Assembly (NCBI GenBank): GCA_934086935.1
Contig: CAKOIQ010000002.1
Location: 4,736-68,735 of the forward strand
Length of the DNA stretch: 64,000 bases
Direction of reading: 5' to 3'
Source: an uncultured Bacilli bacterium
GTDB lineage: Bacteria; Bacillota_I; Bacilli_A; RF39; UBA660
Both the position numbers and the translations under genes were made by a program. Positions 8,871 to 19,939 of the stretch are shown piece by piece (position 1 is the stretch's first letter; each line of letters opens with the position of its first letter). Below the pieces are notes generated by a model, which worked only from the letters and a program-made list of their open reading frames with translations, ran no database searches and had not been told where the DNA came from.

Positions 8871-10133
8871 TTATCCTACCTTTTCTACTTTAGCCTCAAA
8901 TGAGCCATCAGATAATTTAATATTTATTTTATCATTTACTTTAATATCCTTAGTATTTTTAATGATTTTATCATCTTTTGTTACGACACTATAACCTTTT
9001 GATAAGATATTTAATGGGTTTAATAGTTCTAATTTATTGATGTATAAGTTATATTTATTTCTTTCATTTATAAATAAGTCTTCGGGATGATTTAAGATAT
9101 AACTTTCTTGTAAATGGTGGTATTTAGTTTGTTTTAGTTCAAGTAATTTAGTAATGTAATTATTGAAGTATGTGATTAAATTTGATAATCTTTCTTCTTT
9201 AATTTCATAGATTGCTCTAGGATTTTCTAAAACATAACTTTTCTTTAATCGATTTAATTTATCATTATAGTAATCTAATTTACTGGTTATATTATTAGTT
9301 AGTCTTAAACTATATTGTTTTAATAGAATATTTAAATCAGTGATATTAGGAACAGCCATTTCAGCGGCTCCAGTCGGGGTTGGTGCTCTTAAATCTGCAA
9401 CAAAATCAGCAATTGTAAAATCTATTTCATGACCAACAGCACTGATAATTGGTATTCTAGAATTATAAATAGCATTTGCGACACATTCTTCGTTAAAAGC
9501 CCATAAATCTTCGATAGATCCACCACCACGACCAACAATAAGTAAGTCTAAATCATATTCATTGGCTTTATTTATTTGTCTAACAATATCATCTTTAGCA
9601 AGTTCACCTTGAACTAAGCAAGGAAACAATAAAGTTTCACAAATTGGGTATCTTCTTTTAATAGTACTTAAAATATCTTTAATAGCAGCTCCAGTTGAGG
9701 CAGTTACTACTCCTATTTTAGTAGGATATTTAGGTATTTTTTGTTTATGTGATTCATCAAATAATCCTTTAGCAGCTAATTCTTTTTTTAAAGCTTCATA
9801 TTTAAGATAAAGATTACCTAAACCATCATTTTGCATATCTTCAATATATATTTGATAAGCACCAGTTGCAGGATAAATTGATACTCTACCTTCTACTAGA
9901 ACTTTCATTCCATCTTCGGGAGTAAAAGTTAATTTATTAGCATAACTTTGGAACATAACTGCATTTATTCTTGATTCTTCATCTTTTAATGTAAAATATA
10001 AGTGTCCCCTTGTATGACCTTTAAAGTTAGATATTTCACCTTTTAGAAATACTTTTTGAATATTAGGGTCAGTATCAAATTGATGTTTTAAATATCTATT
10101 TAAAGTACCTACAGTTATATATCTTTTTTCCAT
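8871..10133 (-). CDS. xseA: Exodeoxyribonuclease VII large subunit
   Basis: 420 aa with an OB-fold N-terminus and catalytic core (VGRGGGSIEDLWAFNEE, SAVGHEIDFTIADFVAD). Confidence 0.85.
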   Translation of the reverse strand: MEKRYITVGTLNRYLKHQFDTDPNIQKVFLKGEISNFKGHTRGHLYFTLKDEESRINAVMFQSYANKLTFTPEDGMKVLVEGRVSIYPATGAYQIYIEDMQNDGLGNLYLKYEALKKELAAKGLFDESHKQKIPKYPTKIGVVTASTGAAIKDILSTIKRRYPICETLLFPCLVQGELAKDDIVRQINKANEYDLDLLIVGRGGGSIEDLWAFNEECVANAIYNSRIPIISAVGHEIDFTIADFVADLRAPTPTGAAEMAVPNITDLNILLKQYSLRLTNNITSKLDYYNDKLNRLKKSYVLENPRAIYEIKEERLSNLITYFNNYITKLLELKQTKYHHLQESYILNHPEDLFINERNKYNLYINKLELLNPLNILSKGYSVVTKDDKIIKNTKDIKVNDKINIKLSDGSFEAKVEKVG

Positions 10134-10525
10134 TATTCGTTAATTATCCTGTCTAGGCAAGCATTAATCATTTTACGAACATTATCGTCACTATATTTTT
10201 TAGCAAGTTCAATAGCTTCATTAATAACAACTACTTTAGGGGTGTCCATATATTTAATTTCATAGATTGCCATTCTAAGAATAGATGCACCAGTTAAATC
10301 TAAACGATCAATAGTCCAATTTTTTAAATAAGTATTGGCTATTTCGGTTAATGAATCAAATTCAGTAACAATACCATAAACCATGTCCTTAACAAATTCA
10401 TTATCTATTTCAACATTTTCTTTAATTACTTCATCAACGTTATAATTCATTTTATTATTTTTATATAAAGTAATTTGATAAACAATTGTCATTATTTTTT
10501 CTCTTAATTCACTTCTATTTGCCAT
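10133..10525 (-). CDS. nusB: Transcription antitermination factor NusB
   Basis: 130 aa with NusB-family similarity, including a C-terminal INACLDRI-like stretch. It precedes xseA as in Bacillus. Confidence 0.8.
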   Translation of the reverse strand: MANRSELREKIMTIVYQITLYKNNKMNYNVDEVIKENVEIDNEFVKDMVYGIVTEFDSLTEIANTYLKNWTIDRLDLTGASILRMAIYEIKYMDTPKVVVINEAIELAKKYSDDNVRKMINACLDRIINE

Positions 10526-10632
10526 ATTTGCTTCACCTTTTTAAATTATATCATATCTTAATAATAATAAAAATAAAAAAATTGGAGTTTAATTTAAATC
10601 CAATTTTTTTGTTGTTTCTTAAAAAAGATATT

Positions 10633-13158
10633 TTATTTATCTATTTGTTTAAGTTCAAAAAGAATTTTTAAAGCATCCATAGGTGTTGTATTTAAGGGGT
10701 CTACTTCTTTTAGTTTTTCTCTTAATTCGTCTTTCTTTTCTTCGGTAAAATCAAATGATAATTGATTAGATATTGTTATATTTTTAGCATCTGATTCGTA
10801 AACTTTTAGGATGTTTTCAGCATTTTTAATAATTTCTTCTGGCATATTAGCTAAAGCAGCAACATGAACACCATAACTTTTATCTACTGCTCCATCTTTG
10901 ATTTTATGTAAGAAAATTAGTTTTCCATTATCCTCAGTGGCACTAACATGGATATTTTTAATAGTTGAATATTTGTTTTCTAGACTAGTTAGTTCGTGAT
11001 AATGGGTACTAAATAAGGTTTTACATTTTATTTTAGTTGTTACGTATTCTAAGATAGCTTCTGCTAAACTCATACCATCATATGTTGCTGTACCTCTTCC
11101 TAATTCATCAAATAAGATTAAAGAGTTTTCGGTTGATGAACAAATAGCATTTTTAGCTTCTAACATTTCAACCATAAATGTTGATTCGCCACTAACTAAA
11201 TCGTCTGATGCTCCAATTCTAGTGTAGATGGCATCAAATATTGGAAGATTTGCTGATGTTGCAGGAACAAATGAACCCATTTGAGCCATGATAATTATAA
11301 TTGCTAATTGTCTCATGTAAGTTGATTTACCACTCATGTTTGGACCAGTAATTAAAAGGGTATTAGTTTTATCATCCATATAACAATCATTTTTAACATA
11401 TGAACCGTTATTAACAATATTAATAACGGGATGGAAACCATCTTTGATATTAATTAAATGATTATGATTAAAGGTTGGTCTTACTAATTTTTCTTTTTCA
11501 CTAACAACACTTAAAGACGCTAAGGCATCAATAATACCAATATTCGAAGATGTTTCTTTTAATAATAAAACATTATCTTTAATGGTTTGTTTAATTTCAT
11601 TAAATAAGTTATATTCTAATTCAATGATTCTTTCTTCAGCATTTAAAACTAAAGCTTCTTTTTCTTTTAAAATTGGACTTATAAATCTTTCACCATTAGC
11701 AAGGGTTTGTTTTCTTTCCCATCCAAATTCTTCTTTTACTTTAGTAGCTTGGCCTTTACTGATTTCAATGTAATAACCAAAGACTTTGTTATAACCTACT
11801 TTTAAGGTCTGAATACCGGTTCTTTCTCTTTCTTCTTTTTCTAATCCAGCAATAAAATCTTTACCACCTGATCTAATTGTTTTTAATTCATCTAATTCAG
11901 AGTTATATCCTTCTTTAATTAAATATCCTTCTTTTAAGGTTATTGGTGGTTCTTCATAAATACTTTTTTCAAGTAAATTATAAAGTTCTTCGTGAGTGTT
12001 TATTTTAATATTAAGACCTAGTTTAGAGATAATTGATGATAGTTCTGGTAAAACACTTAATGATTTTTTTATTTGTAGAGCATCTCTAGCATTAAAGTTA
12101 CCACATGTTACTTTACCACATAATCTTTCTAAGTCATAAACTTCATATAGACTTTTAAGTAAATCACTTCTTAAGATAAATTCATTATTTAATTTTTCAA
12201 TTATATCTAATCTTTGATTGATTCTTACTTCATCTCTTAATGGAGCAGATAACCAGTTTTTAAGGGTTCTAGAGCCCATTGATGTTTTACATTTATCTAA
12301 TAACCAAATTAAACTATATTGTCTTTCTTTAAGCCTTAAAGTCTCAAATAATTCTAAATTACGAACACTATGAATATCTAAATTTAAATAATTATTATTA
12401 TCTATAACAGATACTTTACTAAAGTATGATATATCTTTTAATTCTTTTATTATTAAATAATACATTAAGTGTTTAACACCTTTGATAATACGTTCATCTT
12501 TAATATCTTTAATAAACATTAATTCTTCTTCATAGAAATTATCATTATAAGTTATATTGATATTATAAGTATTTTTAAAAATATTAATTAGTTTAATATT
12601 GAAGTCATGTTTAATGATTATTTCTTTTAAGTTTAGTTTTAAGATGCGATTTAAAAGACTTGTATCGTCATAAGAAATAAATTCACTATAAATATCGCCA
12701 GTGGAAATATCTGCATATGTTAGTAGATAAGCATATGATAAATCTAATAGGCTACCAATAAAATTATTTTCATATGAATTAAGATAATCTAAGTCTACTA
12801 AAGTTCCTTTAGATACAACATTTATTACTTCTCTTTTGACCATTCCTTTAACTTTTTTGGGGTCTTCGACTTGTTCACAGATTGCGACTTTAAATCCTTT
12901 AGAAATAGCTTTTTCTAGATATGATTTAACTGCATGATGAGGCACACCACACATGGGAACTCGTTCTTTTAAGCCAGCATTTTTACCAGTTAGAGTTAGT
13001 TCTAATTCATGAGAAGCAGTTATTCCATCTTCAAAAAATAATTCATAGAAATCACCAATGCGATAAAATAATAATTCATCTTCATGTTCTTTTTTGATGT
13101 CCATATATTGTTTCATCATTGGACTTAATTCATCGTAGTTTACTTCACTTCTCTTCAC
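10633..13158 (-). CDS. mutS: DNA mismatch repair protein MutS
   Basis: 841 aa with a MutS domain I N-terminus (YMDIKKEHEDELLFYRIGDFYELFFEDG), Walker A GPNMSGKSTYMRQ and the C-terminal dimerisation region. A hairpin terminator follows at about 10577-10612. No mutL is adjacent. Confidence 0.9.
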   Translation of the reverse strand: MKRSEVNYDELSPMMKQYMDIKKEHEDELLFYRIGDFYELFFEDGITASHELELTLTGKNAGLKERVPMCGVPHHAVKSYLEKAISKGFKVAICEQVEDPKKVKGMVKREVINVVSKGTLVDLDYLNSYENNFIGSLLDLSYAYLLTYADISTGDIYSEFISYDDTSLLNRILKLNLKEIIIKHDFNIKLINIFKNTYNINITYNDNFYEEELMFIKDIKDERIIKGVKHLMYYLIIKELKDISYFSKVSVIDNNNYLNLDIHSVRNLELFETLRLKERQYSLIWLLDKCKTSMGSRTLKNWLSAPLRDEVRINQRLDIIEKLNNEFILRSDLLKSLYEVYDLERLCGKVTCGNFNARDALQIKKSLSVLPELSSIISKLGLNIKINTHEELYNLLEKSIYEEPPITLKEGYLIKEGYNSELDELKTIRSGGKDFIAGLEKEERERTGIQTLKVGYNKVFGYYIEISKGQATKVKEEFGWERKQTLANGERFISPILKEKEALVLNAEERIIELEYNLFNEIKQTIKDNVLLLKETSSNIGIIDALASLSVVSEKEKLVRPTFNHNHLINIKDGFHPVINIVNNGSYVKNDCYMDDKTNTLLITGPNMSGKSTYMRQLAIIIIMAQMGSFVPATSANLPIFDAIYTRIGASDDLVSGESTFMVEMLEAKNAICSSTENSLILFDELGRGTATYDGMSLAEAILEYVTTKIKCKTLFSTHYHELTSLENKYSTIKNIHVSATEDNGKLIFLHKIKDGAVDKSYGVHVAALANMPEEIIKNAENILKVYESDAKNITISNQLSFDFTEEKKDELREKLKEVDPLNTTPMDALKILFELKQIDK

Positions 13159-13240
13159 TTTAATTCACCTGCATTTTATTATAACACACGTTTTTAAAAA
13201 TCGGTTATATTTAATTAAAAAAAGCTTACAATTATAAGCT

Positions 13241-14313
13241 TTAACTTTTGACAACAAATTTAAGTCCTGAAGGGATGCGGCTACTTGCGTTAAATCTATT
13301 GGCATCTGTTTGTGTGCGTGCATATCCGGTTTTGACACTGCAAGAATAAAACATATCAGACATGTCTTCTACTAAAGAAGTATTAAATGAACTTAAATTT
13401 AAAATGGTTGCTTTTGAACCATTAAACATTCCCGACATAGTTGTTACTTTAGAGGTATCTAAATTTGAAACATCTAAAGTGGTACTTTTATTATAGTTTT
13501 GAAATAATTGACTGGCGGTATTAGCTAAAATAACATTATTATCTTGTCCAATGTAAATTTCATATAGATTATTATTATTTGTAACTAATGTATAAGCCAT
13601 GATGCTACCATTTTGTTTATCACTTACAACCCATGAATCTATGGCATTATTTGGTACTGAAACACTATTTTTAAAGGCAATTGATTCAACTTAATTTCTT
13701 GTGATTGGTCCATTAAATGCAAGAGAATCAGGTTGAGTGCTGTTATTTTTAATGGATATTAAAGAATCATATGGTAAAGCATTACCGTTATCTATTTTGA
13801 TGAAACCAGCATATTTTTTGCCTTAACCACTATTTTGATTTTCGTTAGTTAATTTATAATATATTTTTAAACTATATGAATTAGTTGTTTGTTTGGTTTT
13901 AAATGTTCCAGTACCTAAAAGTACAGAACCTGCTTTAGGAATATTTTCGTTAGTTTTAGAAATTAATGTATCACTCGTATTAGTACTGGTACCAGATAAT
14001 GTATACGTTAAATCGTCAAAATTAAATCCATTAGTTGAAGTTGTTATGTATACATTTCTAAATCAGTGGTATTATTACCGGTTACAGTAAATAATTTATT
14101 AACCCAGGCTTCTTCTTTCGGATAGATATTTTCCATTTTAATAGTACCGGAACCATTGGCATATTTTATTGTCATTTTACCACCTTTAGCAAAGATTGTT
14201 GAGGATGACTCATTGTTACTTACACTTGAAAAATATGCATATGATAGTCCTCCAAAAATCAAACTTATAAATAATCCAATTACTAGTAATACTATTTTTT
14301 GTTTTTTATTCAT
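13241..14313 (-). pseudogene. Decayed paralog of the DUF285 surface-protein gene at 31018-33969 (N-terminal 89-aa and C-terminal 119-aa ORF fragments separated by stops/frameshifts)
   Basis: 14044-14313 encodes MNKKQKIVLLVIGLFISLIFGGLSYAYFSS... (TasA-like signal). 13241-13600 encodes DUF285 repeats plus the conserved tail TGYARTQTDANRFNASSRIPSGLKFVVKS. The intervening 13600-14044 shows DNA similarity to internal parts of the 31018 gene (for example ...ttggtccattaaatgc...) but no intact frame. Several >40-nt runs are identical to 31137-31185. Confidence 0.6.
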
Positions 14314-14394
14314 TTTGACACCCTACTATCTTTTATCATTTTACAATAAAATAATTTTATTGTAAAGAATGCTTTTTTGTAATTTAAAAAACCA

Positions 14395-15414
14395 TTAGAT
14401 GGTTTTTAGATATTCAACTGCTTCGGCAAAGGTTGAAACAGATTTGACATTAATTTTTAATTTATGTTTTTTGGCATAGGTGCTTACTTCTTCATAGTTT
14501 TCGGTAGGACATAAGAAAATATCAGCATTATTCTTTTCGGCAGCAGCTAATTTAAATTTTACAGAACCTATTTCTCCTACTTTACCATTTTCAGCAATGG
14601 TACCAGTGCCTACAATTTTTTTACCTTTAGTGATGTCTTCTTTAGTAATTGAATTATATATAGCAAGTGCGGTTATTAAGCCACCACTAGGCCCCGATTC
14701 ACTTTCTTTTGATTTAATTTTAATGTTGTATTTTGAAGAATAATCATTAATATTTATGAAAGCTAATCCAATATATTTAACATTGTTTTCTTCATATATT
14801 TTAGTATCTTCAGTTTTTTCTTTATTATCTTCAATATATTTAATATGAATAGTATCATTAACGTTTTTAGAATTTATATATTTTTTTAATTCATCTAATG
14901 AAGTCATTTGATGATTATCATAAGAAATTAATTTATCGCCAATTTTAATATTTGATTTACTTAATGGATTTTTATAATAAACATAACTTGTTGTTTTAGT
15001 TATTTGATAATCAATATTAGCATAGTCAAATGCAACTTTGGTAGCATTTGAAATAGCACTTTTATATTCAATATGGTCTCTTACTAACATATCATTTAAA
15101 GTTTCATTATCACTAATAGTTAGTTCATCATTTTTAACTAGTTCCCAGCTGGGAATTAACTTAGCCATTAAATAATATGGAAGTTTAGCTTTCATATAAC
15201 CTACATAAGCCATATTAAAAGTACCTTGAGATTTATATAAATCAGTTCCAGATACTCTTTCACTTGAATTAATTGTTCCTCCTGGTTTGTAGATACTATA
15301 ACCAGTATCATAGAAACAAAAGCAAGCGAATAAAATTAAAAGAATTAAAGAAATATAGTTTTCTTTAAGATATTTTTTAATATAATTTGTGATATTTTTC
15401 AATTTTGTTTTCAT
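14395..15414 (-). CDS. ylbL: YlbL-type Lon-like S16 peptidase with PDZ domain
   Basis: N-terminal TM, PDZ region, and a Lon proteolytic domain without ATPase (SGPSGGL catalytic-Ser region, GTGTI...GKVGEIG). It is adjacent and divergent to ylbJ as in B. subtilis. Confidence 0.7.
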   Translation of the reverse strand: MKTKLKNITNYIKKYLKENYISLILLILFACFCFYDTGYSIYKPGGTINSSERVSGTDLYKSQGTFNMAYVGYMKAKLPYYLMAKLIPSWELVKNDELTISDNETLNDMLVRDHIEYKSAISNATKVAFDYANIDYQITKTTSYVYYKNPLSKSNIKIGDKLISYDNHQMTSLDELKKYINSKNVNDTIHIKYIEDNKEKTEDTKIYEENNVKYIGLAFININDYSSKYNIKIKSKESESGPSGGLITALAIYNSITKEDITKGKKIVGTGTIAENGKVGEIGSVKFKLAAAEKNNADIFLCPTENYEEVSTYAKKHKLKINVKSVSTFAEAVEYLKTI

Positions 15415-15445
15415 ATTTAAATTATAGCATGTTTATGAGGAATTT

Positions 15446-16327
15446 ATGAAAAAATTAATTAGAATTATTTTTATTTTACTGATATTGTTTTTATTTTATG
15501 TAAATAGAGATATGGCTTTTGAGGGTATTATTAGAGGAATTAATTTATGGAATAATTCTTTATTTCCTTCGATATTTCCTATTTTAATTATTAGTGATTT
15601 TATTTTAAGTACTGATCTTGTTTATTATATTAATAGGGTTTGGGGTAATGTTTTTAGGAAGTTGTTTAAGGTTAGTGGTTATGGTTCTTATGTTTTTATT
15701 ATGAGTATGTTTTGTGGGTGTCCTAGTAATGCTAAATATGTTAGTGATTTACTTAATAATAATATTATTAATAAAGATGAGGCTATTAAGATTTTATCTA
15801 TGAGTTTACTTTATAATCCTTTACTTATTATTGCTATTACGCCCTATTTAAGCTTTTCTAAGCAACTTTTAATTATATTTGGTAATCTTGTATGTAATTT
15901 TATTATTGGGCTTTTAAATAGAAATTATAAGGCTAATATTAGTAGTTATAATTATATTAAAAAGAATTTTAATTTGGTTAATTCTATTAGTAATGCGATT
16001 AATACTTTATTACTTATTTTAGGAAGTGTATGTTTATTTATGGGATTATCTTATATTCTTCCATTTAGTCATCCTTTAATAACGGGATTTTTTGAGATTA
16101 CTTCAGGAATTAATATGATTAATTATGTAAGAATTAATGTTTTTTATAAAATTATTTATACAGTTATTATGATGAGTTTTGGAGGATTATCAATTTTAAT
16201 TCAAATAAAAAGCATCTTAAAAGACGCTAATTTAGATTATTCTTTATATTATAAATCAAGAATTATCCATTTAATTTTATTTTTAATTATGATATATGGT
16301 TTTAAATACTTGTTTGGGTGGTTATAG
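15446..16327 (+). CDS. ylbJ: Sporulation integral membrane protein YlbJ (nucleoside-recognition-domain membrane protein)
   Basis: 293-aa polytopic membrane protein with a YlbJ-family pattern, adjacent to ylbL. Confidence 0.6.
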   Translation: MKKLIRIIFILLILFLFYVNRDMAFEGIIRGINLWNNSLFPSIFPILIISDFILSTDLVYYINRVWGNVFRKLFKVSGYGSYVFIMSMFCGCPSNAKYVSDLLNNNIINKDEAIKILSMSLLYNPLLIIAITPYLSFSKQLLIIFGNLVCNFIIGLLNRNYKANISSYNYIKKNFNLVNSISNAINTLLLILGSVCLFMGLSYILPFSHPLITGFFEITSGINMINYVRINVFYKIIYTVIMMSFGGLSILIQIKSILKDANLDYSLYYKSRIIHLILFLIMIYGFKYLFGWL

Positions 16328-17015
16328 AAAATCCAAAGTATGTAGATGCACTTGATTTAAAAATTTGAGCTTTTTCTAATTGAACTTCTGGTGATTCAGT
16401 ATCAGTAAATCTTACACCTAGTGTTGGATAAATATAATTTAACTTGATACTATAATCATTATCATCTGCATCTATAATTGGTACTTTAATAGTTAGTGTA
16501 CAAATGTTATCTGATGCTTTGCAATCATGATTATTTATTTCACCTTTCTTTGTTGAACTTGAAGGTGTTATGCTACTTTCTCTCATTATTTGATAATATC
16601 CTCTTTTATACCCTACTACATTAATTGTTTCTTCACTACTATAATTATATGTGTAGTACAATAGATATCCAATATTATCACTAGTTAAATTTTCATTATA
16701 AATAAATTTTAAACAATATAAATTATCAACATCACTTGGGGGATTAGGTATTATTCTTTTGGTTCCTTGTTGTTTTATTTCTTCGTTATCACACGCATAT
16801 ACTTGTTGAAGATCATATATTCTAAAATCATTTTGAATACTTCTTGTTACTAGAGCTTGATTAATTAATTCTTTTGATGATTTAGCAGTATTATCATTAG
16901 TATTTTTAATAGTTATTAAAGCATTAAATAAAAATATTAAAACTATTGATACTAAAGAAATACTTATGACTATTTCGGTTATAGTTAAACCTTTATTATT
17001 TTTTAATATTTTCAT
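16302..17015 (-). CDS. Type IV pilin-like protein with prepilin-peptidase signal (NKG|LTITE)
   Basis: N-terminal MKILKNNKGLTITEIVISISLVSIVLIFLF has Gly at -1 and Glu at +5 followed by a hydrophobic helix, which is the class III signal of type IV (pseudo)pilins. It is the last gene of the co-oriented Tad gene string. Confidence 0.6.
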   Translation of the reverse strand: MKILKNNKGLTITEIVISISLVSIVLIFLFNALITIKNTNDNTAKSSKELINQALVTRSIQNDFRIYDLQQVYACDNEEIKQQGTKRIIPNPPSDVDNLYCLKFIYNENLTSDNIGYLLYYTYNYSSEETINVVGYKRGYYQIMRESSITPSSSTKKGEINNHDCKASDNICTLTIKVPIIDADDNDYSIKLNYIYPTLGVRFTDTESPEVQLEKAQIFKSSASTYFGFSITTQTSI

Positions 17016-18205
17016 TAGATACTCCTTATTAATTCTTTGGTTTTATTATTATTTGTTTCAATGGCAACTCTTTGACAAACAAATAATAAACAAATTAAAC
17101 TTATATAAAATGATCCTCCATAAGATAAGAATGGAACGGGAACTCCTGTTAATGGGATTAAAGCTAAGACTCCCATAAAATTAATTAATAGATGAATTAA
17201 TATATAGCAAAATGTTCCATAAGCAATATATTTACCTCTAATTGTATTTGATTTGCGTGCTATTTGAAGAAGTCTACTTAACAATATTCCATAACATATT
17301 ATTATGATGGCGCCAACTAAAGCTCCTAGTTCTTCAACTATTATGGGAAATATAAAGTCGGTATGGGCTTCTGGTAAATAAAGATATTTTTGGGTTGAAT
17401 TTCCTAAGCCGACACCAAATAGTCCACCATTATTAATCGCTATAAATCCGTTACATACTTGATAGCCGGTTTCTTTAGTATATCTTGTACAGGGATTTTT
17501 AAAAACAAATCGGCTCATTTGTTCTTTATTTAAAAAGTCTCCGGTTAAAATTATTACTAAACAGACTAATGCCGTTATAATTCCAGCTATTTTTATTTTT
17601 TTGATACTTTGGTTACTATTAGGGATTGCCAAAAATATCATACCAGCAATACATGCAACTATTAAAGCTGTCCCTGCATCAGGTTGCATGGCAATTAATC
17701 CACACCCTATCAAAACTAATATTAAAGGTGTAATTAACTTTTTAATATTAAGTTCATCACGAGAAATGATTTTTTCAAGATAAACTGCTAGATAAACAAT
17801 CATGATGGGTTTTAAAAATTCTGATGGTTGAAAACTAAAGAAACCTAAATTAAACCATGATTTGGCACTATTGGTTATTGCTCCATATGGGATTAACAAG
17901 AAAATAATTAAAATTATACCAATCATAGCTATTGGGGCTAAGACTTTATATTTTTTAGTTGGAAGCCTTAAAAAAAAGATAAAACCTGCTAAAAATGATG
18001 CGATAACAAATAATAATTGTCTTTTAAAAAAATATGATTCTTCAACTTTGTTATAAAGTACAGCAGTAATTGATGAAGCACTAAAAATCATTACTAGTCC
18101 TAAGATAGTAAAGGCAATCATAAGAAAAAATAAAGGTTTATCCATCTTTTGTAATGTATTTTTCACACTTTCACCTACTATGGATATTTTATCATAAAAA
18201 AACAC
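17015..18205 (-). CDS. SEDS-family peptidoglycan glycosyltransferase (FtsW/RodA/SpoVE-like)
   Basis: About 10 TM helices with conserved SEDS segments (PSEFLKP, AMQPDAGTALI, FIAINNGGLFGVGLGNS). Likely start is at MDKPLFF (18142). It is embedded between tadC and the pilin-like gene. Confidence 0.75.
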   Translation of the reverse strand: MFFYDKISIVGESVKNTLQKMDKPLFFLMIAFTILGLVMIFSASSITAVLYNKVEESYFFKRQLLFVIASFLAGFIFFLRLPTKKYKVLAPIAMIGIILIIFLLIPYGAITNSAKSWFNLGFFSFQPSEFLKPIMIVYLAVYLEKIISRDELNIKKLITPLILVLIGCGLIAMQPDAGTALIVACIAGMIFLAIPNSNQSIKKIKIAGIITALVCLVIILTGDFLNKEQMSRFVFKNPCTRYTKETGYQVCNGFIAINNGGLFGVGLGNSTQKYLYLPEAHTDFIFPIIVEELGALVGAIIIICYGILLSRLLQIARKSNTIRGKYIAYGTFCYILIHLLINFMGVLALIPLTGVPVPFLSYGGSFYISLICLLFVCQRVAIETNNNKTKELIRSI

Positions 18206-18222
18206 ATATTTAAATATGTGTT

Positions 18223-18930
18223 TTAAAAGTTTACTGTATTTAACGATTCAATTACTTTTATTATAAGTGGTCCAATGATGATAAGCATAAGTAAAGGGAT
18301 AAATATCAATACACTTACAATACTTATTTTAATTGGCATTTTATTTATCTTACCTTTAGCTTCTAATATGATTTTATCATTTATATAATCTAATTCTCTA
18401 TTTAGTGAATCAATCATGTTATTACCATAAATATTTGATTCCATTAAATTTAAAATTATATTATTTATTGTGTCACTTGGAATTCTAGTTTTTAAATCAT
18501 CTAAACTTTCATTTAAGCTTTTACCTAATGTCATATCTTCCATAGCTTTTTTAAATTCTCTACTTAATTCATTATCCATATTTTTACAAGTTAAATCGAT
18601 TGAGTTTTTTAAATTATTACCTGATTCTAATGTTAAACATAGGATTTGGAAGAAAAATGTTGATTGTTTTTCTAATTTTTTTCTTCTTTTGTTTAAACGA
18701 TAATCAAAGAATAGATACTCAGCTAAGGGAAAATAAATGGCGACAATGATTATACTTTTTAAAAGTGTTGTCTGCATTAAAGCCATTAAAAATATGAATA
18801 AGCTTATTATTAAATGATTACCTAAAATTAAATCAACATTATAATCATGTTCAGCCCCAAATTGTTTATTTTTCTTTTTTATTCTAGCAATTGATTCTTT
18901 GGTATATATTTTATTTACTAAATTTTTCAT
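18223..18930 (-). CDS. tadC: Tad/Flp pilus assembly protein TadC-like (T2SS F domain)
   Basis: 235 aa with two TM segments and a T2SSF-like helical domain. It is downstream of the tadB-like gene. Confidence 0.55.
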   Translation of the reverse strand: MKNLVNKIYTKESIARIKKKNKQFGAEHDYNVDLILGNHLIISLFIFLMALMQTTLLKSIIIVAIYFPLAEYLFFDYRLNKRRKKLEKQSTFFFQILCLTLESGNNLKNSIDLTCKNMDNELSREFKKAMEDMTLGKSLNESLDDLKTRIPSDTINNIILNLMESNIYGNNMIDSLNRELDYINDKIILEAKGKINKMPIKISIVSVLIFIPLLMLIIIGPLIIKVIESLNTVNF

Positions 18931-19922
18931 TATTCAACCCTCAATATCTTTTTTATTATGATGATGTAACTTATATAAAGTAAAACTGCTAGAAGTATAA
19001 TTAAATAACCAATTGGATTTGATAATAATGGTTTAAAATATGTTGGATTTAAAGTATTTAAAAGTATTATTAAAATAATAGGAATTACTAATAGTACATA
19101 ATAGACAAATTTAGAACTACTTGTCATTGAATTTAATTCATCATCTAATCTTTTATTATTAGTAAATGATTTTTCAATATTATTAAAAATACCTACTAAA
19201 TTACCACCAGTTAAATTTAAAAGATTTAAACTACTTGTTATATATTTAGCATCTTCAATTTGAACTCGATCATAAAAGCGATCAAAGACATCTTTTATTT
19301 CCAATCCATATTTAAGATCATTACCTATTCTTTCGAATTCTTCACTGATAGGTCCGGTTAAATCCTTAGTTACAAGTTCAATTGCTTGGGTTATGTTGTA
19401 GCCAGATTTAAAAGCATTATTCATAATTACAATGGCTTTTAATAAATCATTTTCTATTTCTTTATTTCTTTTTGATTCTAAGATATTTAAATAGATATTA
19501 TAAATAAAGAAACTTAAGATTAAAACTAATATCATTATAAATAAATTAAAGGTTCCATTAATTAAATTTACAATTAGATAAAAGGTTCCACACATTAATG
19601 AGATACAGAACTTATTAGATATAATGATTAAAGAATCTAAATAAGATACAGTTGGTTTATGAACATATCTTTCATATTTTTTGGATAACTTTTTATAATA
19701 ATTTCTTTTTGATAGATATTTAGCTATGGAAAGTCTAAATGAACGGTAATTTTCAACGAAATTATCAGCTAATGATTTGGTTTCTGTTTCATTATTTTTT
19801 ACTGTATATTTAGATAATCTATCATTATATTTGATTGTTTTATTTATTTTTACAATTCGATATAGAATAATAAATAAAATTATAGCAGCAATTACTTGAT
19901 AGATTAATATTTCTTTTCTCAT
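18930..19922 (-). CDS. tadB: Tad/Flp pilus assembly protein TadB-like (T2SS F domain)
   Basis: 330 aa with N-terminal and internal TM segments and a GspF/TadB-type domain. Its start overlaps the cpaF stop region. Confidence 0.55.
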   Translation of the reverse strand: MRKEILIYQVIAAIILFIILYRIVKINKTIKYNDRLSKYTVKNNETETKSLADNFVENYRSFRLSIAKYLSKRNYYKKLSKKYERYVHKPTVSYLDSLIIISNKFCISLMCGTFYLIVNLINGTFNLFIMILVLILSFFIYNIYLNILESKRNKEIENDLLKAIVIMNNAFKSGYNITQAIELVTKDLTGPISEEFERIGNDLKYGLEIKDVFDRFYDRVQIEDAKYITSSLNLLNLTGGNLVGIFNNIEKSFTNNKRLDDELNSMTSSSKFVYYVLLVIPIILIILLNTLNPTYFKPLLSNPIGYLIILLAVLLYISYIIIIKKILRVE

Positions 19923-19939
19923 AGCTAATTTCCTTTCTT

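Noticed and set aside
10486-10671. Plus-strand 61-aa ORF in the nusB-mutS intergenic region
   Set aside because: The region is occupied by the mutS terminator hairpin (aaattgga...tccaattt) and the nusB promoter. The ORF is poly-Leu/Phe/Ile/Lys low complexity.
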